Below are positions 8,291-17,795 of a DNA stretch of 64,000 bases, piece by piece (within the stretch, counting starts at the first letter, position 1; each line of letters begins with the position of its first letter). Made by a program: the position numbers and the translations under genes. Under the pieces are notes generated by a model that saw nothing but the letters and a program-made list of their open reading frames with translations, made no database searches and was not told the DNA's origin. This stretch comes from Minisyncoccia bacterium (GTDB lineage: Bacteria; Patescibacteriota; Minisyncoccia; UBA6257; GWB1-50-10): positions 74,483 through 138,482 of the forward strand of contig JBEKVQ010000002.1 of NCBI GenBank assembly GCA_049997815.1, written 5' to 3'.

Positions 8291-9019
8291 ATGAATATGG
8301 AACAGAATCGAAGATTTTATGATAAATATGTTTCTACTCATACGGGAAATCTCTACGGGCCGCAGGACCTGAAGAAAATTGAGGGGCAATTCTTCGCGTG
8401 GCGCTCGTACTTTTCGGCGTTTTTGCCGAAGGACAGGAACGCAAAGATTTTGGATTTGGGGTGCGGGAACGGCGGTTTTGTCCACTGGCTGGACTCTCTT
8501 GGCTATAAAAACGTTTTTGGTTTGGATATTAGCAATGAACAGGTAAAAGCAGCCGAGATGCTCGGCATAAAAGGCGTAAGCCGGGGCGATATCTTTGATT
8601 TTCTTCCTTCGAGAAGGGGGGAGTTTGAGGTTATTTTTGCGCGGGACATTTTGGAACACATCCCCAGGGAAAAGACGTTGGATTTCGTCGAGCTCGTAGC
8701 CGCTTCGCTCCATTCGGGCGGTTCTTTCGTGGTTCAAACCGTGAATGCCGAGAACCTGCTCTGGGGCAGGTTGCGCCATGCGGATTTTACCCACGAACAG
8801 GCCTTTACGAAAGATTCGCTCCGCCAGGTCATGTCGGTCGCCGGCTTTAAAGATGTTCAAGTGTGCCCGCAACGGCCGATCGTGCATGGATTTATATCCC
8901 TGATGCGGTATATCTTATGGCGTTCGTTCGAACTGTTCATGCGAGGATATCTCCTTGTTGAGACCGGGTCTCATGACGGAATTTTCACCCAGAATGTTCT
9001 GGCGGTGGCAAAGAAATGA
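8291..9019 (+). CDS. Class I SAM-dependent methyltransferase
   Basis: ILDLGCGNGGFVHWLDSLGYKNVFGLDIS, VLEHIPRE. Confidence 0.8.
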   Translation: MNMEQNRRFYDKYVSTHTGNLYGPQDLKKIEGQFFAWRSYFSAFLPKDRNAKILDLGCGNGGFVHWLDSLGYKNVFGLDISNEQVKAAEMLGIKGVSRGDIFDFLPSRRGEFEVIFARDILEHIPREKTLDFVELVAASLHSGGSFVVQTVNAENLLWGRLRHADFTHEQAFTKDSLRQVMSVAGFKDVQVCPQRPIVHGFISLMRYILWRSFELFMRGYLLVETGSHDGIFTQNVLAVAKK

Positions 9020-10164
9020 GAGTTCATAAACTGGCTATCTTTGTCTCTCATCCGATTCAGTATCAGGCCCCGCTCTTCAGGGTAATCTCAGGGGATAAGA
9101 GGATAGAATCGGTCGTTTATTTCGCCGGCCGGGGAGCGACGGAAGAAGCGTATGATTCGGAATTCGGCAGAAAGATAAAATGGGATATTCCTCTTCTCGA
9201 TGGATACAAACACGTTTTCTTGGGTTCAAAGTTTGAATTGCCGAAAATTATTCTGGCTGGAAAGGGGAAAGCGGATGCTGTTTTAGTTTTTGGTTGGAAT
9301 TCTCTCGGGACGCTCCTGGTTTGTCTGGCGGCGATCCTTTCGGGGACGCCCATTTTAATGCGTTCGGAGAGCCCGTTAAATCAGGAGCTTTTGAAGACCG
9401 ACTTTTCTCAAAATGTGAAAAGGATGTTCTTACGGACGCTTTTTAAGTTCATCTCTGCCTTTTTGTATATCGGGGAAGAGAACAGGAAATTCTACAAATA
9501 TCTTGGCGTCCCGGATGCAAAGCTGTTCTTTGCTTCATACGCCGTTGATAATGCGAGATTCATCGGAGAAGCGGAAGTTTTATCGGTGCGCAAGAATGCC
9601 TTAAGGAAAGAAGAAGGCATTCCGGCAGGAGCGAGAGTGGTCCTGTTCGTCGGGAAGCTTATACTGAAAAAACGCCCGATGGATTTGCTTCGCGCGTATG
9701 CCGACCTGTCAATTGAAGACAAAGCGCTGATATTCGTAGGTGATGGAGCTCTTCGTTTGGAGTTGGAACGCTACGTGAAGGAAAAGGATTTAGGGAATGT
9801 GTTCTTTTTCGGCTTCAAGAATCAGACGGAAATAGGCAAATATTACGCGATGTCTGATGTCTTTGTGCTGCCGTCCGGAGCGGGAGAAACCTGGGGCTTG
9901 GTTGTGAATGAAGCTATGTGCTTTTCCCTCCCAATCATGGTATCGGACGTCGTTGGTTGCGGATTCGATCTGGTGAGGAGCGGTTTGAACGGTGGCATTT
10001 TTAAATTGGGGGATATCGGATCCATGACGTTATTATTGGAAGATATTTTGAAATCGGGACGGGCACATTCGATGGGCAAGAGCTCGCTCGATATTGTAAA
10101 AAAATACAGTTTCGTTCAGGATTTAGAGGGCTTGCTGTCGGCATTGGAATGGGTACAAAAATAA
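9016..10164 (+). CDS. Glycosyltransferase family 4
   Basis: ATGA overlap with upstream; GETWGLVVNEAMCFSLPIMVSDVVGCGFDLV. Confidence 0.85.
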   Translation: MRVHKLAIFVSHPIQYQAPLFRVISGDKRIESVVYFAGRGATEEAYDSEFGRKIKWDIPLLDGYKHVFLGSKFELPKIILAGKGKADAVLVFGWNSLGTLLVCLAAILSGTPILMRSESPLNQELLKTDFSQNVKRMFLRTLFKFISAFLYIGEENRKFYKYLGVPDAKLFFASYAVDNARFIGEAEVLSVRKNALRKEEGIPAGARVVLFVGKLILKKRPMDLLRAYADLSIEDKALIFVGDGALRLELERYVKEKDLGNVFFFGFKNQTEIGKYYAMSDVFVLPSGAGETWGLVVNEAMCFSLPIMVSDVVGCGFDLVRSGLNGGIFKLGDIGSMTLLLEDILKSGRAHSMGKSSLDIVKKYSFVQDLEGLLSALEWVQK

Positions 10165-11198
10165 AAATCTTAATAGTTGGCGAGGTTTCTCTCTGCGCAC
10201 CGACGCGCTTGGTTTATGACGATCTCCTCAAATTGGGGAATGAGCCGGAATTAATAGACACCCTCAAATTTTTCAAGGTTTCGCTTTTGAACAGGGTGGT
10301 GAATAAATTCCTAAAAACCCCGCATTACTTCGGTCCCGGCGTCAAAAAGCTCAACAGGTTCATCATTGAGCGCGCGTCCGCCGGAAAGTTCGAATACGTC
10401 CTCTTTTTCAAGCCATCGCTGATATATCCGAGGACGATTCTGGAGTTGAAAAAGAGCGCGAAGATATTGGGAATATACATGGACCACGTCGATTTCCTGA
10501 AGAGCGGAAGCGACCATTTTTATAAAACCTTACCCATGTTCGACCTGTATATGTCCACGATTCATTCCAACACCGAAGCGATGTACAAGTACGGCGCGAA
10601 ACGCTCTACATTTTTCCCGATGACCGCCGATTCAACCTTTCTTCATCCCGTGGAAGTTTCCCCCGAAAACATGAAGCGATTGGGAGCAGACGTGATTTTT
10701 ATCGGAAATTATGCCAATGAGAAGCGCGCCGATTATTTGGAAAGACTGTGTAAGGATGGATATGACGTTCGGATATACGGCTATGGCTGGCAAAATCTGC
10801 CGGCGGATTCCTGCTTACGGCGGAAGAAGAGAATATTCAAACCGGTTCTTTGTACAGACATGGCGGAAGCCTTTAGTGCAGCCAAGATAGGCATGGCTTT
10901 CATGCGCGAATGCAATGACGAAAAGATCGGCTGCCGCACCTATGAAATACCGCTTTGCGGCACGTTCATGCTCCACGAGAGAAATAAAGAGGTTGAGGAG
11001 TTTTTGATTCCGGATAAGGAAGCCGCCTTCTTCGATTCGTATGAAGAGATGAAAAGCAAGATAGATTTCTATCTGAAAAATCCGGAAATTAGGAAGAAGG
11101 TGGCGAAGGCCGGCTATGAGCGAATCTTGAACTGCGGAGAACTCATTTACGACCAGATGAGGAAGATGCCGGCGATGCTCAAGAAAGAGCTGGGTTAG
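10149..11198 (+). CDS. CgeB-like / DUF3880-type glycosyltransferase
   Basis: CRTYEIPLCGTFMLHERNKEVEEFLIPDKEAAFFDSYEEMKSKIDFYLKNPEIRKKVAKAGYERIL matches the CgeB-family C-terminal domain. Confidence 0.75.
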   Translation: MGTKIKILIVGEVSLCAPTRLVYDDLLKLGNEPELIDTLKFFKVSLLNRVVNKFLKTPHYFGPGVKKLNRFIIERASAGKFEYVLFFKPSLIYPRTILELKKSAKILGIYMDHVDFLKSGSDHFYKTLPMFDLYMSTIHSNTEAMYKYGAKRSTFFPMTADSTFLHPVEVSPENMKRLGADVIFIGNYANEKRADYLERLCKDGYDVRIYGYGWQNLPADSCLRRKKRIFKPVLCTDMAEAFSAAKIGMAFMRECNDEKIGCRTYEIPLCGTFMLHERNKEVEEFLIPDKEAAFFDSYEEMKSKIDFYLKNPEIRKKVAKAGYERILNCGELIYDQMRKMPAMLKKELG

Positions 11199-11234
11199 AT
11201 TGAAGTTTGGGGGAAGCTGCGATATCATTCCTAC

Positions 11235-12326
11235 ATGATTAAGAAGAAGTCCAAGAAGAGACCCCAGAAAAGAAAAACCGTACTGATAACCGGCGGGGCC
11301 GGTTTCATCGGCAGTGCCGTAGTCAGGTATCTGCATAATAAATACCCGAAATATCACTTCATTATTCTGGATGCCCTGACCTATGCCGGAGACATACGTA
11401 ACATTCCGGAATCCATCCGGCAAAGCAAGAATTTTGAGTTCCATTACGGGGATATACGCAATCAAAAACTAGTGGAACATCTGGTTTCCCGATCGGATGT
11501 GGTGCTCCATTTTGCCGCGGAAACGCACGTAGCGCGGTCAATTTTTGATGATATTAATTTCTTCGAAACGGATGTAATCGGGACGCAAAGATTGGCGAGT
11601 GCGGTTCTGAGAAACAAGAAAACGATAGATAGGTTCATCCATATTTCCACAAGCGAGGTCTACGGCACCGCCCTTTCGAGGAAGATGAGTGAGAAGCACC
11701 CCTTAAATCCCCAGAGTCCGTACGCTGCCGCCAAGGCCGGAGCCGACCGGCTGGTCTATTCCTACATGGCCACCTATAAGCTTCCCGCGGTTATCGTGCG
11801 TCCCTTCAATATGTTCGGTCCCAACCAGCATTTGGAGAAACTCATCCCTCGTTTTATCACGAGTTGCATCTTGAATGAGCCCCTCACCATCCATGGTAGC
11901 GGAACCAGCCGAAGAGATTTCACTTATGTGGATGATCTGGCCCGGGCGATAGATATGATCCTGCACGCCCCCGCGAAAAAGGTTGTCGGGCAGGTTTTTA
12001 ATGTTGGTTCGGGCCGTGATGTTTCGGTCGGAGAAATAGCTAATCTGATCATAAAGATGATGAATCGCCGCGATAAGAAGGATTCCTCGGTGCGCTACGG
12101 TTCTTCGCCGCTCAATATCGGTGACCGGCCGGGGCAGGTTTTCCGTCATACCGCGGATACGACGAAGATTTTGAAAGCTCTTTCCTGGAAACCGCGCATG
12201 GCCTTCAAAGAAGGTTTAGCTTTGACCATAGACTGGTATATAAAGAACGAGGGATGGTGGAGAGATAAACTGTGGATGCGTCACGTTCCGGTGGAGACCG
12301 AGAAGGGCAAGACGGAGATGCATTAG
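11235..12326 (+). CDS. NDP-hexose 4,6-dehydratase (RmlB/RfbB-like extended SDR)
   Basis: VLITGGAGFIGSAVVRYL, DALTYAGD, HFAAETHVARSI, YAAAKAGADRLV (YxxxK), KLIPRFI. Confidence 0.85.
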   Translation: MIKKKSKKRPQKRKTVLITGGAGFIGSAVVRYLHNKYPKYHFIILDALTYAGDIRNIPESIRQSKNFEFHYGDIRNQKLVEHLVSRSDVVLHFAAETHVARSIFDDINFFETDVIGTQRLASAVLRNKKTIDRFIHISTSEVYGTALSRKMSEKHPLNPQSPYAAAKAGADRLVYSYMATYKLPAVIVRPFNMFGPNQHLEKLIPRFITSCILNEPLTIHGSGTSRRDFTYVDDLARAIDMILHAPAKKVVGQVFNVGSGRDVSVGEIANLIIKMMNRRDKKDSSVRYGSSPLNIGDRPGQVFRHTADTTKILKALSWKPRMAFKEGLALTIDWYIKNEGWWRDKLWMRHVPVETEKGKTEMH

Positions 12327-13582
12327 GTTTTACCGTGAATCCCCCCATAAAAAATAAAAAATTTACTCCGGGTAAGGACTGGATTTGGTACGCTCCGAAT
12401 ACCAAGGATGCTTTCGGCGAAAACGAAACGCGGGCCGTCACTTTTTCCCTAAGGAGCGGCTGGCTGACCTTGGGTGATACCGCCAAAAAATTCGAGGATA
12501 AGGTAGCGGGAATCTTCGGTAAAAAATACGGGCTCTTTGTGAACTCCGGCTCTTCCGCCAATCTTTTGGCCCTCTGCGCTTTAAAATTTCCCAAGGGTTC
12601 CGAAATAATCACGCCGGCGTGCACCTTTAATACGACCGCGGCTCCGATAATCCAAACGGGTCTCGTTCCCGTATTCGTGGACGTGGACCTCGGAACCTAT
12701 CAGATGGATCCGGAAGAGATGAAAAGGGCCCTATCAAAGAGGACTGTGGCGGTCATGGCGCCGCACCTGATTGGTAATTTCATGGACCTGCCGGCCATCC
12801 GAAATTTTTGCGGGAAACACGGACTGATTTTTATTGAAGACAGTTGCGATACGATCGGCGGCAAATTTAACGGTAAGCCGTCGGGCAAGTGGAGCGATCT
12901 CACGACGACGAGTTTTTATGCTTCCCATCTGATAACGACCGGCGGGGCAGGCGGCATGCTCATGACCAACGATAAAAAACTGAGGGAAAGAGCCAGATTA
13001 TTCCGCGATTGGGGGAGAGGAATCTCGCGACATGATGAGGATATCCGTTCCCGGCTTGCCACTTTCAGGATTGACGGAAAGCCATACGACAGCGCCTTCG
13101 TTTTCGTGGAACTGGGATATAACTTCAAGCCCACTGAAATGCAGGCGGCGTTCGGATTGGAGCAGTTGAAGAGATTGGGTGGGTTTATGAATTTGCGCAG
13201 GAAAAATTTCAAGCGGCTTCGCGCGTTCTTCGAGGGTTTCGGGCAATATTTTATCCTGCCGCAAGAGCTGCCCCGAACGAAGGTCAATTGGCTGGCCTTT
13301 CCGCTCACGATAAAGAAAGGTGCCCCGTTTACGAGAAACGATTTGGTCAGATATCTGGAGCGCCATAAAATCCAGACGAGGCCGCTTTTTTCCGGGAACA
13401 TAACGAGGCAGCCGGCATATGCCAAAACAAAATACAGGAAGATCGGTAGTCTGAAGAACTCTCAATTCATAATGGGGCATTCCTTTCTTATCGGCCTGCA
13501 TCACGGGCTGACCGAAGAGATGCTGGAGTACGTCATGGAAGTGTTTTCCGGGTTTTTGGGGAGGATAGATTCGGGCTCTTAG
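12272..13582 (+). CDS. DegT/DnrJ/EryC1-fold PLP/PMP enzyme, RfbH/DdhC-like (NDP-4-keto-6-deoxyhexose 3-dehydrase-like)
   Basis: GWLTLGDTAKKFEDKVAGIFGKKYGLFVNSGSSANLLAL, GGAGGML; length about that of RfbH; start uncertain (ATG 12272 overlaps upstream gene by 55 nt; GTG at 12335 is an alternative). Confidence 0.75.
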   Translation: MDASRSGGDREGQDGDALGFTVNPPIKNKKFTPGKDWIWYAPNTKDAFGENETRAVTFSLRSGWLTLGDTAKKFEDKVAGIFGKKYGLFVNSGSSANLLALCALKFPKGSEIITPACTFNTTAAPIIQTGLVPVFVDVDLGTYQMDPEEMKRALSKRTVAVMAPHLIGNFMDLPAIRNFCGKHGLIFIEDSCDTIGGKFNGKPSGKWSDLTTTSFYASHLITTGGAGGMLMTNDKKLRERARLFRDWGRGISRHDEDIRSRLATFRIDGKPYDSAFVFVELGYNFKPTEMQAAFGLEQLKRLGGFMNLRRKNFKRLRAFFEGFGQYFILPQELPRTKVNWLAFPLTIKKGAPFTRNDLVRYLERHKIQTRPLFSGNITRQPAYAKTKYRKIGSLKNSQFIMGHSFLIGLHHGLTEEMLEYVMEVFSGFLGRIDSGS

Positions 13583-13584
13583 AT

Positions 13585-13610
13585 CTCCGCCTCCTAGGGC
13601 GGTTTTTTAT
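13585..13610 (+). terminator. Rho-independent terminator
   Basis: ccgcc-tccta-gggcgg + tttttt. Confidence 0.6.
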
Positions 13611-13715
13611 GCAGGCACTATATAATTGACAGATTACTGGTTATGTGCTATCCTTCAATCGTTGGTTACTTGACAGCTAAATAGATTTCTCACGAACTTA
13701 CGCCGGAGGTGCCCA

Positions 13716-14273
13716 GTGATAAACATAACTAGTGCGGATTGGACCGGATATGAGAAGAGTATCGCGATTGCGGTCCTGCAAAAGATCGCATACTGCCAGG
13801 ATAAGGGAAAGGGTCTACCGGTCGAGGTCTTCGAGCCGTTCTGTAGGAGTAAGAAGAACATCTCGACCGAGCTTGTGATTTTCAATGAGAAGGGAGAAAT
13901 TTACCTCGTGAAGCGACCGAGCTTGAATGAGAATCCGAGCGAACCATATCCGGAACAGTATCACAGTCCCGGCGCGACACACGACAAGAACGAGACACTG
14001 GAAAATACCCTTGAACGTCTTCGCCGAAGAGAGGGAGTTAATTTTTCCAGCGTTGAGGGGGTCTACCCTCCTCGTGATTCGCGGGACAAAGAACGGGGGA
14101 GATATCTACTCTGTATTTTCATCGCCGATGCAATCGGTGCTCAGACGAATGCCAAGGGACGTTTCTTCAAACAGGAAGATATCCCGTGGAGTGAGCTTGT
14201 AAGCGTCCATCGGGAGATTATCGTTCCCGCCGCGCTTGAGGCATTCAAGAAACGGAACACAAAGCCCCAATGA
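13716..14273 (+). CDS. Nudix-fold hydrolase with degenerate Nudix box, GDP-mannose mannosyl hydrolase (Gmm/WcaH)-like
   Basis: GTG start preceded by GGAGG SD; PGATHDKNETLENTLERLRRREGV resembles the Gmm box GGRVQKDETLEAAFERLTMAELGL (recalled from memory); paralogue of next gene. Confidence 0.6.
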   Translation: MINITSADWTGYEKSIAIAVLQKIAYCQDKGKGLPVEVFEPFCRSKKNISTELVIFNEKGEIYLVKRPSLNENPSEPYPEQYHSPGATHDKNETLENTLERLRRREGVNFSSVEGVYPPRDSRDKERGRYLLCIFIADAIGAQTNAKGRFFKQEDIPWSELVSVHREIIVPAALEAFKKRNTKPQ

Positions 14274-14299
14274 TGAGGGGCGACGCGTATAAAAAGAAG

Positions 14300-14335
14300 G
14301 GAGCAACCGCAATTGTTGCTCCTTTTTCATTTTTA
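14300..14335 (+). terminator. Rho-independent terminator
   Basis: ggagcaac-cgcaatt-gttgctcc + tttttcattttt. Confidence 0.8.
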
Positions 14336-14438
14336 TCCCAGCCGATAATGGATTGACAGTTCATCAGGAATATTTTATTCTCTAAACAGCCCTGAAACAG
14401 TAGAATATCAGCCACATTTAAGAGAAGGAGTGTGATGA

Positions 14439-14984
14439 ATGAAAACCCTGGGAAACTTCCTAGCCAGCTTGGTCGTCAAGATCTTAGTTTGGTTTCTCAA
14501 GTACCTTCCGTCTCTGGAGGAGAGGTTAACCGTTGCTTTATTGAGGAACTTACATTGGCCCCTCAAACAGTCCATATTCTCGGCCATCGTCAATAAAACC
14601 GTCTCCGTTCCGATTGAGCTCGCCGTGTTCGACGAACAGGGCCGGGTTTTGATGTTCTACCGCCGGGACGATGAGTACGACGGTTACCACATACCGGGAA
14701 CCGTTCTCCGGGACAATGAGGACGTTCCGGCGGCAATCCGACGGCTTCTGAAGAGTGAAGTGGTGGGGGGTAGGGTTACTCAGATTACTTCGCTCGGCTG
14801 GATAGAAATTCCAAAGGGAGATAATCCGACCCGTCACGAGATATCGCTTCTCCACTCGTGCGTGCTCGAAGGCCCGTATAACGGAAAAAGCGGGGAGTTC
14901 TTTTTCCCCGACAAACTTCCGTTCACTACTCTCGATCATCACCACACCTTGATCAAAGAAATAATGAAAAGGTCCGGAAGATAG
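14439..14984 (+). CDS. Nudix-fold hydrolase paralogue (Gmm-like, degenerate Nudix box)
   Basis: AAGGAG SD 8 nt upstream; IPGTVLRDNEDVPAAIRRLLKSEVVG; overall collinear similarity to 13716-14273. Confidence 0.6.
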   Translation: MKTLGNFLASLVVKILVWFLKYLPSLEERLTVALLRNLHWPLKQSIFSAIVNKTVSVPIELAVFDEQGRVLMFYRRDDEYDGYHIPGTVLRDNEDVPAAIRRLLKSEVVGGRVTQITSLGWIEIPKGDNPTRHEISLLHSCVLEGPYNGKSGEFFFPDKLPFTTLDHHHTLIKEIMKRSGR

Positions 14985-15007
14985 AGTTCCCATCCCGATT
15001 TCACAAA

Positions 15008-15045
15008 ACGCCGCGTGAGTTTCATTCACCGGCGTTTTTCCATTT
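15008..15045 (+). terminator. Rho-independent terminator
   Basis: aacgccg-(16 nt loop)-cggcgtt + tttccatttt. Confidence 0.55.
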
Positions 15046-15050
15046 TCACT

Positions 15051-15079
15051 TTGATTTCGGACCGCGAATTCCATATAAT
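15051..15079 (+). promoter_or_regulatory. Sigma70-like promoter TTGATT-17-TATAAT
   Basis: ttgatt 15051-56, tataat 15074-79, ATG at 15095. Confidence 0.5.
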
Positions 15080-15094
15080 ACATCTGTTCACTCA

Positions 15095-16036
15095 ATGAAA
15101 AAAATTCTCATCACCGGCGGCACGGGTTTCGTGGGCTCGAACTTCGTCTATAAATTCCTTAAATTGGGAGACGAGGTTCATCTTCTCGTGAGGCCGGAAG
15201 CGAAATTCTGGAGAATCGAGCCGGTAAAGAGCAGGGTTAAGCTGCACAACGTCGATATCACGAATGATAGCGATGTCGACAAATTCATTTCGGAGCTTAG
15301 GCCAGAGATCATTCTTCACTTCGCCACTTACGGCGCGTATCAATGGAAAGAGCAGGACGTAAAAACGACGATAGACACCAATCTCCTCGGCACCGTCAAT
15401 CTGGTGAACGCCTGTAGTAAAATCGGTTTCGAGTGTTTCATAAACACCGGGAGCACTTCCGAATACGGCGAAAAGAAAGCGCCTATGAAGGAGACCGACC
15501 TGCTCGAGCCGAATAATCTATACGGCACGACTAAGGCCGCCGCAACGCTATATTGCCAGTTTCTAGCAAAAAAATTGGACCTCCCGTTAGCCACGATGCG
15601 CCTCTTCTCGCCCTACGGATATTTCGAAGGCGAGGGTCGCTTGATGCCCGCGCTCGTGCGGGCCGCGCTCTACGGAGAAAAATTCGAAGCCCCATCCCCG
15701 TCGATCGTGAGGGACTTTATCTTCATTGAAGACGTGGTAAGCGCGTATTTGAAAGCTATAGGGAAAATCGGTAGCATTAAGGGGCAGATTTTAAACATCG
15801 CATCCGGCGAAGAACATTCCATCGGGGAAGCTGTGGAAATCGTGGAAAGAATTTCCGGCGCAAAGATCGAGGCGAATTACGGAAAAATTCCGCCGAGGCA
15901 GACGGAACCGAAAAGATGGGTGGCCGACATAACGAAAGCGAAGACGTTGCTTGATTGGAAACCCGAGAATTCTTTATTTGACGGCCTGTCAAAATTCATC
16001 GCGTGGGCAAAAAATAACGAAGTATTCATAAAATAA
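15095..16036 (+). CDS. NAD-dependent epimerase/dehydratase (extended SDR)
   Basis: MKKILITGGTGFVGSNFV, YGTTKAAATLYCQ (YxxxK). Confidence 0.85.
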   Translation: MKKILITGGTGFVGSNFVYKFLKLGDEVHLLVRPEAKFWRIEPVKSRVKLHNVDITNDSDVDKFISELRPEIILHFATYGAYQWKEQDVKTTIDTNLLGTVNLVNACSKIGFECFINTGSTSEYGEKKAPMKETDLLEPNNLYGTTKAAATLYCQFLAKKLDLPLATMRLFSPYGYFEGEGRLMPALVRAALYGEKFEAPSPSIVRDFIFIEDVVSAYLKAIGKIGSIKGQILNIASGEEHSIGEAVEIVERISGAKIEANYGKIPPRQTEPKRWVADITKAKTLLDWKPENSLFDGLSKFIAWAKNNEVFIK

Positions 16037-16857
16037 TGCAAAAGAAACAGATTCTGAATTTGGAAGAGAAAGCCAGGGAATTGCGGAGCCAGATCGTGAG
16101 AATGATCTACAGGGCCAGGGCTTCCCACATCGCCTCCGCCTACTCGGTTCTGGATATCGTGCTTTATTTGTACGGTTTTATTTTGCGCGTAGACCCCAAA
16201 AATCCCAAGAGTCCGGAGAGAGACCGGTTCATTCTGAGTAAGGGATGGGCGGCATCCGCTCTTTACGTTGTCCTGGCCGACAAGGGATTCTTTAAAATGA
16301 AGGAACTGGATTCTTATTGCACGGACGGAAGCAAGTTCATAGGTATTGCCACCATGAGCGGCGTCCCCGGCATAGAGACCACAACCGGCTCGATGGGTCA
16401 TGGTTTACCAGTGGGAGCCGGCATGGCGGTCGCCGGAAAGAAACTCAAGAGCAAGCGGAGGGTGTTCGCGGTCATAAGCGACGGCGAATTGGACGAGGGT
16501 TCTACTTGGGAAGCCATTCTTTTCGCCGGCCACAATCATTTGGATAATCTCGTCATCGTCGTGGACTATAATGGGCTGCAGTCGTTTGGCCGAACCAAAG
16601 ATATTCTGAATCTCGATCCCTTACCGGATAAGTTCAAAGCGTTCGGCTGGGCGGTAACGGAAACGAAGGGGCATGATTTTTCTTTCCTTGCAAGAGCGTT
16701 CGCCAAGCTCCCGCTCCAAAAAGGCAAGCCAACCGCGATAATCGCCCACACCGTAAAGGGCAAGGGCGTGTCTTTCATGGAGAACAAGAATGAATGGCAC
16801 TATAAATACCCCAACGAAGCGGATTTGGCGGCCGCTCTTAAGGAACTCTCAAACTAA
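16036..16857 (+). CDS. Transketolase N-terminal (ThDP-binding) subunit of a split transketolase
   Basis: HGLPVGAGMAVAGKKLKSKRRVFAVISDGELDEGSTWEA (GDG ThDP motif), DPKNPKSPERDRFILSKG. Confidence 0.85.
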   Translation: MQKKQILNLEEKARELRSQIVRMIYRARASHIASAYSVLDIVLYLYGFILRVDPKNPKSPERDRFILSKGWAASALYVVLADKGFFKMKELDSYCTDGSKFIGIATMSGVPGIETTTGSMGHGLPVGAGMAVAGKKLKSKRRVFAVISDGELDEGSTWEAILFAGHNHLDNLVIVVDYNGLQSFGRTKDILNLDPLPDKFKAFGWAVTETKGHDFSFLARAFAKLPLQKGKPTAIIAHTVKGKGVSFMENKNEWHYKYPNEADLAAALKELSN

Positions 16858-16858
16858 C

Positions 16859-17794
16859 ATGCGCGGAACTTTCGTAAAAACATTGATGGGGATGATGGAA
16901 AAAGACGAAAAGATAATCGTCGTTACCGCCGATATGGGGTACGGTACTTTCGAGGCATTGAGGGATAAATTCCCGGACCGGTTCATAAATACGGGCGTCT
17001 CGGAAGCCAATGCGGCCGGCGTTTCGGCTGGCTTGGCCCTCTCCGGCTATACCGTCTTCTTTTACGCGCAGGCGGCCTTCGTGACACTCCGATGTTTTGA
17101 GCAGGTCCGCCTGGATATTGCCTCCAACGATTTGGACGTAAAGCTGGTGGGCACTTCGGCGGGATTTACGCTTTGCCAATACGGCGTGAGCCACTTTGCG
17201 CTTGAGGATGTGGCGGCAATGCGTTCCCTGCCCAATATGACGGTAATGTGCCCGGGAGACATTTACGAAGCGGAGTGGGCGACGAAGGCATCGTGCTCAT
17301 TCAAAGGGCCGGCCTACATAAGAATAGGGCGCAGCAACAGCGGACCGGACGTGTTCATCCATCCGAAGAAACCCAGTTTAAAGATCGGGGAGCCGATCAT
17401 TATAAGGAAAGGGGACAAGGCGACCGTAGTTTCAACAGGGAGCATGCTCTTCTTAGCCAGAGAGGTTGAAAAGGAGCTCCATGCCAAAAAGATAAACGCA
17501 TCCCTGGTTTCTATGCCGACCGTAAAGCCGCTCAACGGCCCGAAGACCCTAAACTTATTCAAGAAGAATAAAGCCGTGTATGTGATGGAAGAACACAGTG
17601 TAATCGGTGGTTTGGGTTCGGCCATTTCCGAACTGGTCACAGATAGAGGACTGCCGTACAAGGTGGTCAGGCTGGGGACCGGAGACAAGTTTTTGCATGT
17701 CGCCGGCTCGCGAGATTATTTGCTCTCGCTCCACGGGCTTACGGCAAAGAAAATCGCCGCCCGTATAGCCCGGGACATAAAGGATAAAAAATAA
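16859..17794 (+). CDS. Transketolase C-terminal (pyrimidine-binding + C-terminal domain) subunit
   Basis: ATG immediately after upstream stop; ITADMGYGTFEALRDKFPDRFINTGVSEANAAGVSAGLALSG. Confidence 0.8.
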   Translation: MRGTFVKTLMGMMEKDEKIIVVTADMGYGTFEALRDKFPDRFINTGVSEANAAGVSAGLALSGYTVFFYAQAAFVTLRCFEQVRLDIASNDLDVKLVGTSAGFTLCQYGVSHFALEDVAAMRSLPNMTVMCPGDIYEAEWATKASCSFKGPAYIRIGRSNSGPDVFIHPKKPSLKIGEPIIIRKGDKATVVSTGSMLFLAREVEKELHAKKINASLVSMPTVKPLNGPKTLNLFKKNKAVYVMEEHSVIGGLGSAISELVTDRGLPYKVVRLGTGDKFLHVAGSRDYLLSLHGLTAKKIAARIARDIKDKK

Positions 17795-17795
17795 C

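Noticed and set aside
8159-8887. Long antisense ORFs opposite annotated genes (for example 8159-8887, 10815-11465, 31624-32307, 35668-36240, 37926-38804, 50567-51343, 56253-56987)
   Set aside because: Each lies opposite a gene with clear family motifs. They have no motifs of their own and a composition typical of reverse-frame read-through in moderately GC-rich DNA.
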